Positions 24,819 through 37,269 of a stretch of DNA of 64,000 nucleotides are shown piece after piece. The stretch's first letter is position 1. Every line of letters begins with the position of its first letter. Below the pieces are notes generated by a model. The model saw nothing but the letters and a program-made list of their open reading frames with translations. It did not search any database and was not told the origin of the DNA. Source of the stretch: Lama glama (lineage: Eukaryota). The stretch covers positions 26,290,001 through 26,354,000 of the forward strand of contig CM052818.1 in NCBI GenBank assembly GCA_028534125.1, in the 5' to 3' direction. A program made the translations under genes and the position numbers.

Positions 24819-25270
24819 TGCCAACTAAAGATGGTTGATTGTCACAAGGATTGAGTCAATATCTACTGCAGCCGTTGACCTTTAACACACCTTGAAAGGA
24901 GTTCAGGGCAGACATCAGGAATGAGACACTCTGGGCTCTGAGAAAGCTGGAAGAGCAAGCCTTAATATAATTAGATATTTTCAGGAGAAATTTTTTATGA
25001 CCCTGGGTTCCTGCATCGTCCCATACTTGAAAAAGCCTTTAAACCATTAACCAAGATATCTGTTCCTCAGGACTGGCAGCAACCTTCTATCAAGATGTGT
25101 GCTTGGTTGCACGTACCCTCTTCACCAAAATCACAGATATACTGACCTCTTAGGAACAGTTTCTCAGAGCTATCTGAGAGGCTGTCTCCCAGGTTATAGT
25201 CCTCAGAAAGACTGAATAAACTCTACTCACAGCTTTTATGTTGTGTGGTTTTTGTTAAGTCAAGTCGACA
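24819..25270 (+). mobile_element. ERV1-class solo LTR (laurasiatherian type), 452 bp
   Basis: TG...CA termini; imperfect terminal inverted repeat TGCCAACT/AGTCGACA; perfect 4-bp TSD AGGG (24815-24818 and 25271-25274); AATAAA at 25215-25220. Confidence 0.9.
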
Positions 25271-25784
25271 AGGGAAAGAGAGGCTTCATTTTATTCCATG
25301 TTTTCCCTCTTAGATGTTTCTCACTTGTGTAAAATATCAGCAGTGATGCCAGATACCCAAAGTGGCCCGCAGATCCTTTGTCCACAAGCTCTCTCTGAGG
25401 AGCTGCCAAAACAACACCTGAGTCTTTGCTCACTTTGAGATCATGCAGCACTCTTTAAACTTGCATTTCATTATCTTTTTTGAGATCACCTATCTGTCCA
25501 TGAGACGAGTCATTAAATTAGTAAAATTTTGGAATGCCACGTGCCCAGAAAATTCCTAGGAAGAATGTGGTCATAAAAATAAAATCACACTATTGGAAAA
25601 AAAAAAAACTAAGCAACAACAACAAGACAAAAACATAAATTAAAGCAGTAAAACACAACTATTGGGAATGACTGGGGCAAGGCAGAGAGCTCTTTCTACA
25701 TGCCAAACTGAAATGTTCTATTAAGTTTTAAGAAATCATGTTTACAGCAGATATAAATTAAATTAACTGTGAGACCATAAAACA

Positions 25785-25950
25785 GAGCAGCTGTTCTCCA
25801 TTTCTTCTGATGATAGAACAAGAGGAAAAGGCTGGTCAGAGGTAAGGAAGACTTTTCTTCCTAGCGGTGAGAACTATAATAACATCAAGGGACTAATGAG
25901 GAGAGTAGGGAGAGCTATGAAGCCGTCTCCTCTGATACACATTTAAAGGG
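25785..25950 (+). mobile_element. CR1/L3 LINE 3' fragment
   Basis: CTGTTCTCCATTTCTTCTGATGATAGAACAAGAGGAAAAGG...GTAAGGAAGACTTT. Confidence 0.55.
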
Positions 25951-26779
25951 CACAGATTACAGGAATTTTACATGCACACTGAAGTCCTTTGCCCTTGACC
26001 AAGGTTTCATAACAGCCCTCCATTTCTCTGTACATTTAGCTAGTCCACTCTAAATAAATGGAACTCCTTACAAAATACTACAAGAATACAAATACACATC
26101 TAAGACAACTGTAGAAACTGATCAGCAACAGTTAATCCCAAGTGAAAATGATCATCCAGCCCTGTGCTGCAGTAGCTTGGTTTAAGGCTGAGGAACCAAA
26201 TGATTTAAGGGATCACTGACCCCCTTGGCAGCCACTGCATGATTAGCAGCTTAGTTAACCAGACACACGTAATGCCTGGGTCACTCCTGTCTCTACTTGC
26301 TTGTCTGGCTTTCCCTAAAATGCTGCATTTGTGAGAGTACTCCAGCATGTCTGCCTTGCCCACCAACCCTGCACCATCACCTACTGCCTCTACTCTCCAG
26401 GGCTCTGGAGGCAGCAAACAGAAGGACAGATAACAAGGAAGAAAGGATGTGACATTTGAGAAATGTGATAGGAATCTAGAGACAGACTATGAACCACATT
26501 GAGTTCTGCCTAACGAGGTCTGATACATATTAAGGAACTAAACATTTTTGGGTTTTAGTCAAATCCAATGTACTCTTTCGGACAACATTCTAAAGATAGT
26601 AATTTCTTAAAGTTACAAAAAGCACCTTCAACTTACAAAATTGTCTGGAGGAATTTTATTTTTGTTTTCTATTTAGTTTAGTTGGTTGCTTTACTTGTTT
26701 TATTTTGTTTTATTGCTGAATGCTTTAAATACACTGTGTTTTAGATTAAGTTTGTGTCTATGTCTAGAGCAATATATTT

Positions 26780-27865
26780 AAAAAAAGATTATACACCATG
26801 ACCAAGTGGGATTTATCCCAGAAATGCAAGGGTGATTCAACGTACAAAAATCAATCTACATTATATGCTTTATCAATAAAATGAGGACAAAAACCGCAGG
26901 ATTATCTCAATAAACGCAGAAAAATCACTCGACAAAATCCAGCACCCTTTCATGATAAAAATACTTAACAAATTAGAAATAGGATGGAAATTATTCATCC
27001 TGCTAGATGGAATCACCAAAAAACCCCTGCAGATAACATCATAGTAACAGTGGAAGACAAGGTTTTTTCCGTGAGATCAGGAACAAGACAAGGATATTTA
27101 CTCTTGCCACTTCTATTCAACCTTGCACCAGAAGTTCTAGACAGGGCAATTAGGCAAGAAAAAGAAATAAAAGGCATCCAAATCAGAAAGGAAGAAAGTA
27201 AAACTATCTCTATTCACAGATGACATGATCTTGTATACGGACAATCCTAAAGAATCCACACATACACACACACACACACAACTATTACAAGTAATAAATG
27301 AGTTCAGCAAAGTTTCAGGATACAAAATCAATATACAAAAATCAGTTGTATTTCTCTACACTAGCAATGAACAATCCATAAATGAAATTAAGAAAATAAT
27401 GTCATTTAAAATAGCATAAAAATAAAATATTTAGGAATATATTTAATAAAAGGAATGTGAAACTTGTACTGAAAACTACAAAATGTTGTTGAAAGAAATT
27501 AAAGAATACCTAAATAAATGGAAACACATTCCATGGTCATAAACTGGAAGACTCAACATTGTTAAGATGGCAGTAAATCCCAAATTGGTCTACAGATTCA
27601 ATCCCTACCAAAATCTCAGCTGCCTTTTTTTCAGAAATTGATAAACTGACCCTGAAACACATTTGGAAATGCAGAGGACCCAGAATAAACAAAATAATTT
27701 TGAAGAAAAAGGAATAAAGTTGGTGGAATCACACTTTCTGATTTCAATTTTACTATGTAGATATAGTAACCAAGGCTGGCATAAGGGTAGGTCCATAGAT
27801 CAATAGAATAGAATTGACAGTCCAGAAATAAACCTTTACACTTATGGTCAGTTGGATTTTGACAG
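26780..27865 (+). mobile_element. older L1 ORF2 (reverse transcriptase) fragment, interrupted by the MLT2 LTR
   Basis: ORF pieces [36 protein letters not shown] and [11 protein letters not shown]...[22 protein letters not shown] are the L1 RT domain; frameshifted; resumes briefly at ~29260-29290. Confidence 0.95.
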
Positions 27866-29259
27866 TGTATCAATCAGGTTACCTCAGAAAAACAGAATCA
27901 ATAGGCTATACGTATACGTAAGTTAAGAGATTTATTTTAAGGAATTGTCTCATGCAATATGGGAGATGGCAAGCTTGAAATTTGTAGGGCAGGCAGGCTG
28001 GAAACTCAGGCAAGAGTTGATGTTGCAGTCTTAAGACTGAAATCTGTAGGGCAGGCCAGCAGGCTGCAAACACAAGCAAGATTTCTGTGTTATACAACCA
28101 CACAAAATCTATGGGATGCAGCAAAAGCACTCCTAAGAGGGAAGTTCATAGCAATACAGGCCTTCCTCAAAAAAGAAGAACAATTTCAAATAAACAACCT
28201 AAACTATCACCTAAAAGAATTAGAAAAAGAAGAACAAACAAAACCCCAAGTCAGCAGAAGGAAAGAAATTATAATAAAGATCAGGGAGAAAATAAATAAA
28301 ATAGAGATTAAAAAAATAGAAAAAAATCAATCAAACCAAGAGCTAGTTTTTTCGAAAGAGTAAACAAAATTGACAAATCGCTGGCTAGTCTCACCCAGAA
28401 GAAAAGAGAGAGAACACAAATTAAATGAAAACTAAAAATGGAGAGATTACAACCAACACCACAGAAATACAAAAAATCATAAGAGAATACTATGCACAAC
28501 TAAACGGCAATAAATTGGACAACTTAGAAGAAATAGATAAGTTTCTAGAAACACACAGTCCACCAAAACTGAATCAAGAAGAAATAGAACACTTGAAAAG
28601 ACCAATCACTAGAAGTGAAATAGAATCAGCAATAAAAAACCTCCCTGCAAACAAAAGTCCAGGATCAGATGGCTTCACTGGGGAATTCTATCAAACATAC
28701 AAAGAAGAGCTCATACCAATCCTTCTCAAACTCTTCCAAAAGATTGGAGAGGAGAGAATATTCCCAAGCTTATTCATGAAGCCACCATCACCCTGATACT
28801 AAAGCCAGATAAAGACACTACCAAAAAAGGCCAATATCATTGATGAACATAGTTGCAAAAATCCTCAACAAAATAATAGCAAACAGAATCCAACAACACA
28901 TAAAAAAGATCATACACCATAATCAAGTTGGATTCATCCCAGCGACACAAGGATGGTTCAATATACACAAATCGATCAACATGATACACCACATCAACAA
29001 GAGAAAGGACAAAAATCACATGATCATCTCAAAAGATTTGTATCTTATAGTCTTGAGGCAGAATTCCTTCTTTTCCAGGAAACCTCCATTTTTGGTCCTT
29101 CAACTGATTCGATGAGGCCCACCCACATTATCAAAAGTATTATTCTATCAACTTAAAGTCAACTGACTGCATATGTTAATCACATCATAAAATACCTTTA
29201 CAGAAATGACCAACACCATAGCTCAGCCAAGCTGACACACATAAAATTTAACTATCACA
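27866..29259 (-). mobile_element. ERVL LTR (MLT2C/D-like), split by a younger L1
   Basis: Left half TGTATCAATCAGG...GAGATTTATTTTAAGGAATTG...GCAGGCTGGAAACTCAGGCAAGAG; right half GTCTTGAGGCAGAATTCCTTCTT...GATGAGGCCCACCCACATTAT...AAAATTTAACTATCACA. Confidence 0.9.
28095..29032 (+). mobile_element. younger L1 internal ORF2 fragment (post-endonuclease region to start of RT), without 3' UTR or poly(A)
   Basis: [83 protein letters not shown]; flanked by a 17-bp degenerate TSD. Confidence 0.97.
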
Positions 29260-29389
29260 AGAAGGGTGTGGAGATAATTCAATAGGGGATCCATTCACAA
29301 TTTCCAAAACTTCTTTATCTCTAAAGGTCAGGAGGAACAAGGTGAGGGGTCTATGTTGGTCTGTTGAGTTAATCAGCCACTTAGCCATT

Positions 29390-29580
29390 TTTTTTAATTA
29401 CTCATCCATTTTCTCAACAAATACTTCTTAAATACCTACTGTGTGCCAGTCATTCAACTGCATCTGAAGGTCCTCAGAGCATCTGTGTGCATAATTTAAA
29501 AGTACAGGTAGGGAAGACTAAGCACAGTCTCCACTGTCAAAGAATTCACTGAGTTGCATAGTAGACAAACAAGCACTGCC
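29390..29580 (-). mobile_element. L2 3' end
   Basis: TCAACAAATACTTCTTAAATACCTACTGTGTGCCAG. Confidence 0.6.
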
Positions 29581-30339
29581 AGGAGATGTGGTAAATTTGC
29601 CACCTCCTGAGAACAATCCCCATAGCTGTGTTCTGACCCTGCTGGCTTTTCTGATCTCTGTGATCTGTAGCATTTCTTATGGTCATTTCCTTGGGTTAGC
29701 TGCTATATCTTTTTGCTCTTTTTCCTTCCCTAAACTAGATTCATCCTGGGCTCTGGATTCTTAACTGGGTTGCAGATAGCTGTATATATGTCACTGATTT
29801 CATTTCAGAGGCACTTATATTACTTTATGCCATTTCTGGTCATTTTGTTTTTATCACAAATGAAATAATTCCACCTGCTTCTTTCATAAGAGGGGTGTGG
29901 AGGCACTGAAAGGATCCCACTGGTACTGTGCAGAAATTATTCATTGCTGACCATGAGTCTGCAACTCTTTCTACAAGGCCAGCCCAGAGTCCTAAAGACA
30001 TTCAGATGACATTGTAGTTCACTTAAAGTGCATCTTCTGTTGACAGAGAACAAATGAACTGGATATTGCTGGATGACTGTGTTACTGAATATTTTTAGAC
30101 TTTGAGTCATTTTAAATCAATTAAATATCAACTTAGGTCCTGGAACTGATCTCCTGTTTGTTAATTTGTTTATCTGTGCTTCCTTTCATTCTTTCAGTAA
30201 ACGGTGAAGCAAATCCACTCTGTACCATACTCTGTGTTGGCATGGGAGAAGTAAATATATAAACAAACACAGAATAAAACACAGTCTCTGTCTCACTGGA
30301 GGAAGGAAAAAAATAGGAAGTGGAGAAGAGGATGTTCTA

Positions 30340-30505
30340 TGGACTTTGTATGAATTAACTCAATCTTCATAGCAACCCTATGAGGTAGGTAAATTTTTCA
30401 TCCTCATTGTACAAAGAGAATAGCCAAGAATAAATTACCTGCCCATGGTCGTGTTATTGGTAAGTACTTCACAGCTCTAGAGTCCATAAACTATGTCACT
30501 ATGCT
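30340..30505 (-). mobile_element. MIR SINE
   Basis: AATCTTCATAGCAACCCTATGAGGTAGGTAAATTTTTCATCCTCATTGTACA. Confidence 0.75.
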
Positions 30506-31289
30506 ATGTTTCTCCAATTAAAATACAGTTTTCTATATTACAAGCTCTAAAAAGCATATAAAATGAATTTATGGGAACCAGTGGGAGACACAGACAGAAA
30601 GGGTAAGAAGTGCTTCCTAGAGGAGAAGGTATTTGAACATATTCTTAACTAGTTCCCAAGTCCCATTCTCCCTTTCTCCCCAAAGACTCACATGGCAGAC
30701 CTCTGCTTCATCAATGCACAGGAGGGCACAAAAATGACTCTTAGTACAAAATGCTGGAAATCCATCTAGGTAAGAACAACCCTGAAAACTTGTGTCCAAT
30801 CTCTGTGTCATATCCGTTGGGTACACTGTGCATGGCAGCTCCTAAGACTTCCAGGAATAAATGCACAGTTTTTGTCTCCACTTGTGTCTCCATCATTGCT
30901 ACAGAGAGAACTCATAATCAGTGGATTGGTTTTCTGGAAACATAGATTTCAATTTAATAAATTATTCAGTTCAGTGCCTGCTGGACTCCAGGCTGAATTT
31001 GGAGAAGGAGGGGAGTACAGAGGAGAAATGCATGACCCATTTCTGTGGAGCTCACCATGGAGCCACTACCCTCCCCAGCAATATCCTCACATGGACAAGA
31101 AATTTTCAAGCTAGTCTTATATTCAACATTTCTTAAATAAAGGTGACTATTTATTTTATTTGCCTAGTTCAACTCAATATGTTTGTTGTGCCAGCATAAC
31201 CATCCATATCTCTGTTTTCACTTCATTCTCTAAGTGTCCTAGTTTAAATGATGAATTGTTCTGTTACATGACTTACAGGTGTGGGGGAT

Positions 31290-31525
31290 TATGGTGTCCT
31301 AGAATGCCTGAGTTACTGCCTTACCTCTGCTACTCATTAGCTCTACAAATAAGTTAAGTTACCTAAATTCTCCCTTCCTTGGATTCCTCACTTGTAAAAT
31401 GGGATGCTAATAACAATACCTACTTCACAGGATTGTTGTGAAGATTAAATGAACCACCACATATAAAATTCTCAGTATGGTTGCTAGAAAAGCAAGGACC
31501 ATGTAAGTGTTTACTATCACTATTT
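31290..31525 (+). mobile_element. MIR SINE
   Basis: TTCCTCACTTGTAAAATGGGATGCTAATAACAATACCTACTTCACAGGATTGTTGTGAAGATTAAATGA. Confidence 0.85.
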
Positions 31526-31574
31526 GTCTATATTGGCTGTTGTATTGATTTGTTGGTTGATTATAGTTCTTATG

Positions 31575-31765
31575 TGCTTCACTATACTCCTTGATCCTCG
31601 TAAGAGTTCTGTGAAGGAGAAGAGAAATATATATTGTTATCCTCATGTTACATCTGAGGAAATTGAGATTCTGAAAGGGTAAATGATGTGCTTACCATTA
31701 AACAGCTAATAAATGGCAGGATAGGATTCGAGACCAGGAATTCCAGTATACACAGTCCTTGCTCA
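31575..31765 (-). mobile_element. MIR SINE
   Basis: TATCCTCATGTTACATCTGAGGAAATTGAGATTCTGAAAGGGTAAATG...ACAGCTAATAAATGGCAGG. Confidence 0.75.
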
Positions 31766-31823
31766 AGTTTCAAGTATGTGTTGCAAAGAGTTCTCCTGCT
31801 GCTAGGAGAAGTTTTAGTCTAGA

Positions 31824-32375
31824 TTAGCATTTCTCAATGGATGGATAGTGAAAACTCAAAGATTGGTGTTGGTGTTTCTGGATGTCTACATCGTTAACGA
31901 CAGATCTGGATCCGTTTTCATTTCTATTTTTTAAAAATCAATGAGATGACTTTTAAAATACTTTACCTTTTATTGAAATGGGTCAGAGTGTCCACATAAA
32001 TGTTGACAGGGCCTAGTGGGTGGCTGGTGGGCATCAAGGAAAGGTGTTTATGACTTAACTTTCATTCAGTGCCCAGCTCAGCACACTATCTACTTCCAGG
32101 GTAGGTTTGACCATCATACACAGTTTACAGTTGTATTTACTCTTAGTCTCACATTATGTAAGTATACGTAATAAATTGTTGGCTACAGACAGGAAGCATA
32201 AGGAAGTCTTATGTTAAAAATAAGTTAGTGAAGAACATAAACATAACTACTCATTCTGCAAATCTGTCTCATGATGCTATTTACTGGGTTTGTTCATTGT
32301 ATTCATCTCTGCAAAACTCTCATTAAGAAGTCTGTAGTACTTCAAAAACCAATGTGGAAAAAAGAAACGATAGAC
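31824..32375. mobile_element. possible decayed hAT-Charlie DNA transposon
   Basis: TAGCATTTCTCAA at the left end and AGAAACGATAG at the right end resemble decayed Charlie termini; interior not confidently recognised. Confidence 0.3.
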
Positions 32376-32417
32376 ACCATATCTGATTTGGCTTATTTGG
32401 AGGAATAATATTAATAT

Positions 32418-32809
32418 TGGTATGGACTGAAATGTGTCCCCACCCCCCAAGTACTTATGTTGAAGTTTTACCCCCAGATATCTTAGAATATGACTAAATT
32501 TGGAGAGAGGGTCTTTAAAGAGGTAATTAAAGTAAAGTGAGGTGATTAGAGTAGGCCCTAACCCGATATGACTACTGATGTCCTTAGAAGAAGAGCAAAG
32601 TCAAGCACAGATGGATACAGAGGGAAAACCGTACGAAGAACCAGGTAGATGACCATTTTAAGCCAAGGAGAGAAGCTTCAGAAGAAACCAACTCTTGCCC
32701 ACTCCACGATCTTGTACTGCTAGTTTCAAGATTGTGAGAAAAAACTTTCTATTGTTTAAGCCACTCGGTCTGTGGTACTTTGATATGACAGCCCTAGTAA
32801 ACTAATACA
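32418..32809 (+). mobile_element. MaLR solo LTR (MLT1B-like)
   Basis: TGGTATGGACTGAAATGTGTCCCC...GGGTCTTTAAAGAGGTAATTAA...GTCTGTGGTACTTTGATATGACAGCCCTAGTAAACTAATACA. Confidence 0.9.
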
Positions 32810-32819
32810 AGTAGATAAA

Positions 32820-33040
32820 ATAAGCAATGCTTACACTTCTGGGCACTTTGACGATGTTTACAACACATCTTCTCATTGAAACCTCACAGCAAACTCTCTG
32901 AGGGATGTTACTATCTGCTGATTGTACAACTGAGGAAACTAAGCACATGATGGCACACAATTTGCTCAACACACAGCTAGTAAATGACAGCTGGATTTGA
33001 GCCCAGGTTGTGTAATTTCACAGACCAAGCTCGTAACCAG
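32820..33040 (-). mobile_element. MIR SINE
   Basis: TCTCATTGAAACCTCACAGCAAACTCT...ACTGAGGAAACTAAGCACA...CACACAGCTAGTAAATG. Confidence 0.75.
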
Positions 33041-33454
33041 GAGTAAGTCTATTCTCAACAACCACATGTCATTTGCAAAGGATTTACAAATTCCAGCCTC
33101 AAAATGTCTGTCTGGTCTTTCCATTTGAAAATGAAATGCAAAATTATTAAGAGAAACTAGTTTTTATAAGAATAATATGAAAAAAAATTCCAAACACGTC
33201 ATGAAAGTTTTCTGATGACATAAAGTTAAATTTCAATTTATTTTAATATGCTTTTATGGCTAAAATCATGTTCTCTTTTATAATCAAGCTTCAAATGAAA
33301 AATGAGAAAGTAAAAATAAATGAGTTAAACAAAGTTTATATATATATATAATTGTTAAATAGTGGCTTGAAATAACATTGTCATAGAAGTTTTCATATTA
33401 TATTTCTGCCAAATAAAAAATTATATGCGCCGCATCTCTATCATACCAGATTAA

Positions 33455-34250
33455 ATTCATTCAGTCATTCATTCATTTATTCCACAAATACTTACTGAGC
33501 TTTAACTGCGTTCTAGGCAATAGACTAGACAATGGGGATAAAAGATGACTAGAAAGACATGATCCTGTCCTTGTGGAGCTTAATGTCTCAAAACAAATAA
33601 ATACAGGTAAGAAAACCAGTTCAATCATAAATTGTGGAAGGTCTAAACCAGGCTAGAGATCACAGCTGGGGAATTCCTTGTAGATGAGGTAGCAGGAAAA
33701 TCCTTTTGACATTTAAGCTAAGACCTGAAGGAAGAGATGGAGCTGAACTGAAGGCAAGAACATTCTGGGTGGGGAATGGATGGTTTTAAGCAACTGAAGG
33801 AAGAGAGATGAACAGTGAGAGATGAGGTTGGAGAGGTGGCAGTGTCCAGGCCATGCGAGCCTCAGGGGCTATTGTAAGTTGTTCTGACTTCGTGCTCAGT
33901 GCAGTGGAAAGCCGTGAAGGGTTTTGAGTAGGGGTATAAGGAGTGGTGTAATCTGATGCTGGGTTTTAAGGAAGCACTTCTGCTGCTGCAATGGAGATAG
34001 TCAATGATGGAAGATTGTGGAGAGATCCAGTAAGATACTCTTGTAATATTCTAGGGGATAATGAGTCCACTACAGAGGTGGCAGCTTAGTTGAAAAGCAG
34101 ATTAATTTGAGATATATTGTGCTAGTAGAGTTGACTGACTTGATAATAGATTAAATATGGAAGAGTGGGAGGGGCGGCAAGGGAAAGGGAAGAGTCAAAG
34201 ATGACTCCCAAAGCTTTTGGGAGTGTGGTGGTTCCACTTCCTGAGATGGC
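33455..34250 (-). mobile_element. L2 LINE, ~0.8 kb 3' fragment
   Basis: Tail (CATT)n CAAATACTTACTGAGC; GACATTTAAGCTAAGACCTGAAGG; AGAGTCAAAGATGACTCCCAAAGCTTTTGG. Confidence 0.85.
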
Positions 34251-34304
34251 AAGTGTGTGTGTATGTGTGTGCGTGCGCGTGCATGTGGTGGGGGTGGGGG
34301 TTTA

Positions 34305-34695
34305 TAGAAGGATGCAGTCCAGGTCTGGTGCTACAGATCCATGATGTCATCAAGTCTCAGGCACCTTCCATTTCCCTGCTTTGCCATCTTAGTATGTGAC
34401 TTTCATTCTCATGGTCCCAAGACTAACACTATACTTCCAGCCCCATATCCATGTTTAAAACGGGAAGATGAAAAAGGAAGCAACGTGAAAGAAATAAATA
34501 GTGATCCTTATCCAAAAACGGAAAACTTTCCCTGAAATCCCTAGAGATTTCTGCTTATACCTCCCTGGCCAAAATTCTATCCCAAGTCTAGCCCTTGTTG
34601 CAAGGGATGCTGGGAAATGTAGCTTTACAATGGTGTTGATGAAGCCCCTAACAAAATCAGGGTTCTCTGGTTAGGTAGACAACCTATTGGGTAGA
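34305..34695 (-). mobile_element. MaLR LTR (MLT1K/J-like)
   Basis: CAGTCCAGGTCTGGT...TTCTCATGGTCCCAAGA...TGCAAGGGATGCTGGGAAATGTAG. Confidence 0.6.
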
Positions 34696-36054
34696 GAATC
34701 AGCAGTGTCTGATAGACCATCCACTGCTTGAATTAGCCTGTGAATCTGAGTAGGCTGTAGGGACACTATATTTTTTAATTTAGTTAGATCCCAATTCTTT
34801 ATGAATGAGCAAAATGCCTAAGTGCTGGCAAGTCTGGGCCTGTCCCATTCCTGATTATAAAGAATCTTTCATTTGTGAAAGGGAAAAACCAATCTTCCGT
34901 CACTGACTGCCAAGCCATCTCCCAACTGCATCCCTCAGTGCCAGAACTTTTCTATTTTCCTAGTGATTGTGTCACACGGAAGCACTACCATCAGGCTTGG
35001 TGTTCTGCCACCAGGATGCTCACACCAAATGTCCTGAGAGGATGGCTTAGCCAAATTGAAATGTTTTTATCTTATATACTGCTTTATTGTTCTTGGAAGG
35101 TATTACCAGATTTAGCCACAGAACAGTCTCCTCATTATAGTCCCCAGGGCAGACTAGATGACCCAGGTATATCAGCCAGCCCCCCCAGCATGTGTCTCTG
35201 GGATGCTGAAGCCCTTGTCCTCTGTGTGTTATAGGGCCTCTTGTACCCGAACCGAGACGAGAAATCCCTGGCAGAAGGCAAAGGCCTGTCTAGAAGCTGT
35301 AGCCCATTACCCCTGCACAAAGATAGACTGTACTCTGCTGGAATCTAATCTGGAAACGTTTAATACATTTGCAGCACAAGTGCCAGCTACTTTACTCAAG
35401 AGGAGGCATGGTTGGTTTTTTCCCTCTTAAAGAGAAACTTCAGACTGAATAGAAATCAACCTCCTCAGTATGCCCATCATTCCTGAGAATTAAAACATTC
35501 TTCAGCGAGAGGAAGAACTCTGGCCAATAATGAAGAGATAGAGAAAGAAAAGACCAAAAATAAATAAATAAATAAGGAAGAATCAGAAACTACTTCCTCT
35601 GGAAGAAATTCAGCAAATGAGTGTCTTGTAAAGTTATTCTAATGAAAACAGGGACAATTAAGACAACACAAACCATCCCCAAATGCTTGAGTTTGGGATT
35701 TGCTGCACATCTAAAGCTATTTTCCAAATGTTTGGGGCTTGGCACAGAGCAGGCTCATGGTTGGGAACTTTCCTGAAGGTCTGTCTAAATGCTCCTATTT
35801 TTATTCCATTTCCTTGCAGTTAATATCCGGCTAATTCATTTGTTCCAAATCCTGTATCTGATACATGTTAGATATCGTCAGACTCTGCATGTGCCCATTC
35901 TCCTTCATGTGGTCAACAGAACTTTCAGAGTATTGCCTTCATGCTTGGTTTTCAGACAGGTCTCCATTGCTTTCTCTGTGTCCACCATTATTGGGCATTG
36001 GGAGCCCGTTTCAAGGATGGGGAGGGGAACATGTCGTGCGTGGTGCTGCACAAG

Positions 36055-36270
36055 GAATTGGGAATGTTGGCTTTGAGAAGCATTTCTCAAAGCTTCAGGG
36101 AGCTATGATAGCTGACCTCACAGCTTTGAAAGGACAGCATATGGAGAGGGATTAAACCTAATCTCTCTGGCCCCAGAGGGGTGGAGCTAGGACAAGAGAC
36201 ACATGCAGGCTTAATACAAGAAAGGCTTTCTCATTTTAGAGCAGCCAGGAAGAAAAAGAGCTGCCTTGCC
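36055..36270 (+). mobile_element. CR1/L3 LINE fragment
   Basis: TTTGAAAGGACAGCATATGGAGAGGGATTAAAC...GGCCCCAGAGGGGTGGAGCTAGGAC. Confidence 0.65.
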
Positions 36271-37269
36271 TTCATAAGAAGAGATAAGTTTTGATAAGAG
36301 GTTTGTAATGGTTCTCCATTAATTTTTGGAGTCTGAAAATGGACTAACGAAGCCAATCAAATATAGACTGAAGAGTTGGAAGACCTCACAGTGACTTTTT
36401 TTAAGTATTGGGTACTATACATGCAATACTTAGCACAGTGCCTAGTGCATAAAAGGTGCCCAATAATTATCTGTTGAATGAAATCAGCAGGTAACTGAAT
36501 AAAAAATGAAACAGCTTTGATAGTATCAAGCATGGTGACAACCCTGAAACACTGGGATAGGTAGTAAGGAAGCTCTGGATATATTGAATGTGATTATCCT
36601 TGTTCTGAGCAGGGCCATTTTTTCTGCCTCTGAGAGGCAAAGCCTAAAGTTTAAAGAAGACAACCATCCTGACTCGACTTTCTCCATTAGCATTTCTGCA
36701 AACCTCAGCTGAAACCGTTCTTGTGCTGCCATATTAAGGTGGCATCTGAACCTTCAGCTGAGAATGTATGAGACATGGCAACCTCTAAGCCTGATTAGGC
36801 TTAAATGACACTTGTGCCCTAGTGTGATTAACTGGGTAATTAAGTAAAACCAGACCGTGTTACAGAGCCTTCTCGATAGGGTCCTGGGACATAAATTAAC
36901 ACTTGGCCAACACTTTTTATTTATTCAATAACCATTTTTGAAGGCCTGCTTATCACCAGCTCTGCACACCATGGGGAAGGGAGGAGATGGCATTAGGCGT
37001 GAGTGGGCATTTCTGGTGAGGTAGCCTATCAGGAGAAGGAAAGGCTGCTTGTCCCCTCAGGTCAGGTAGCCGAAACAGAACAGGTCTCAACATTATAGGA
37101 GGTAACAACTACGTCTTCAGCTTTTACAACTCAAGTGATTCTGGTGTTATTATGGAATCTGAGGCAAAAAGAAATTCCAGCCCCAGATCTACGAGGTTCA
37201 GGAAGGGGAATTTGCATTGATAAACCATCCATTTTTAATCAGTATAACTGAGCATGAAAAGCTTATTTA

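Noticed and set aside
26984..29115. ORFs with reverse transcriptase similarity as a functional or novel RT system
   Set aside because: They are frameshifted, truncated L1 ORF2 remnants from two separate insertions.
31290..31765. Inverted MIR pair as a dsRNA-forming element
   Set aside because: The copies are too diverged for stable pairing, and this arrangement is common.
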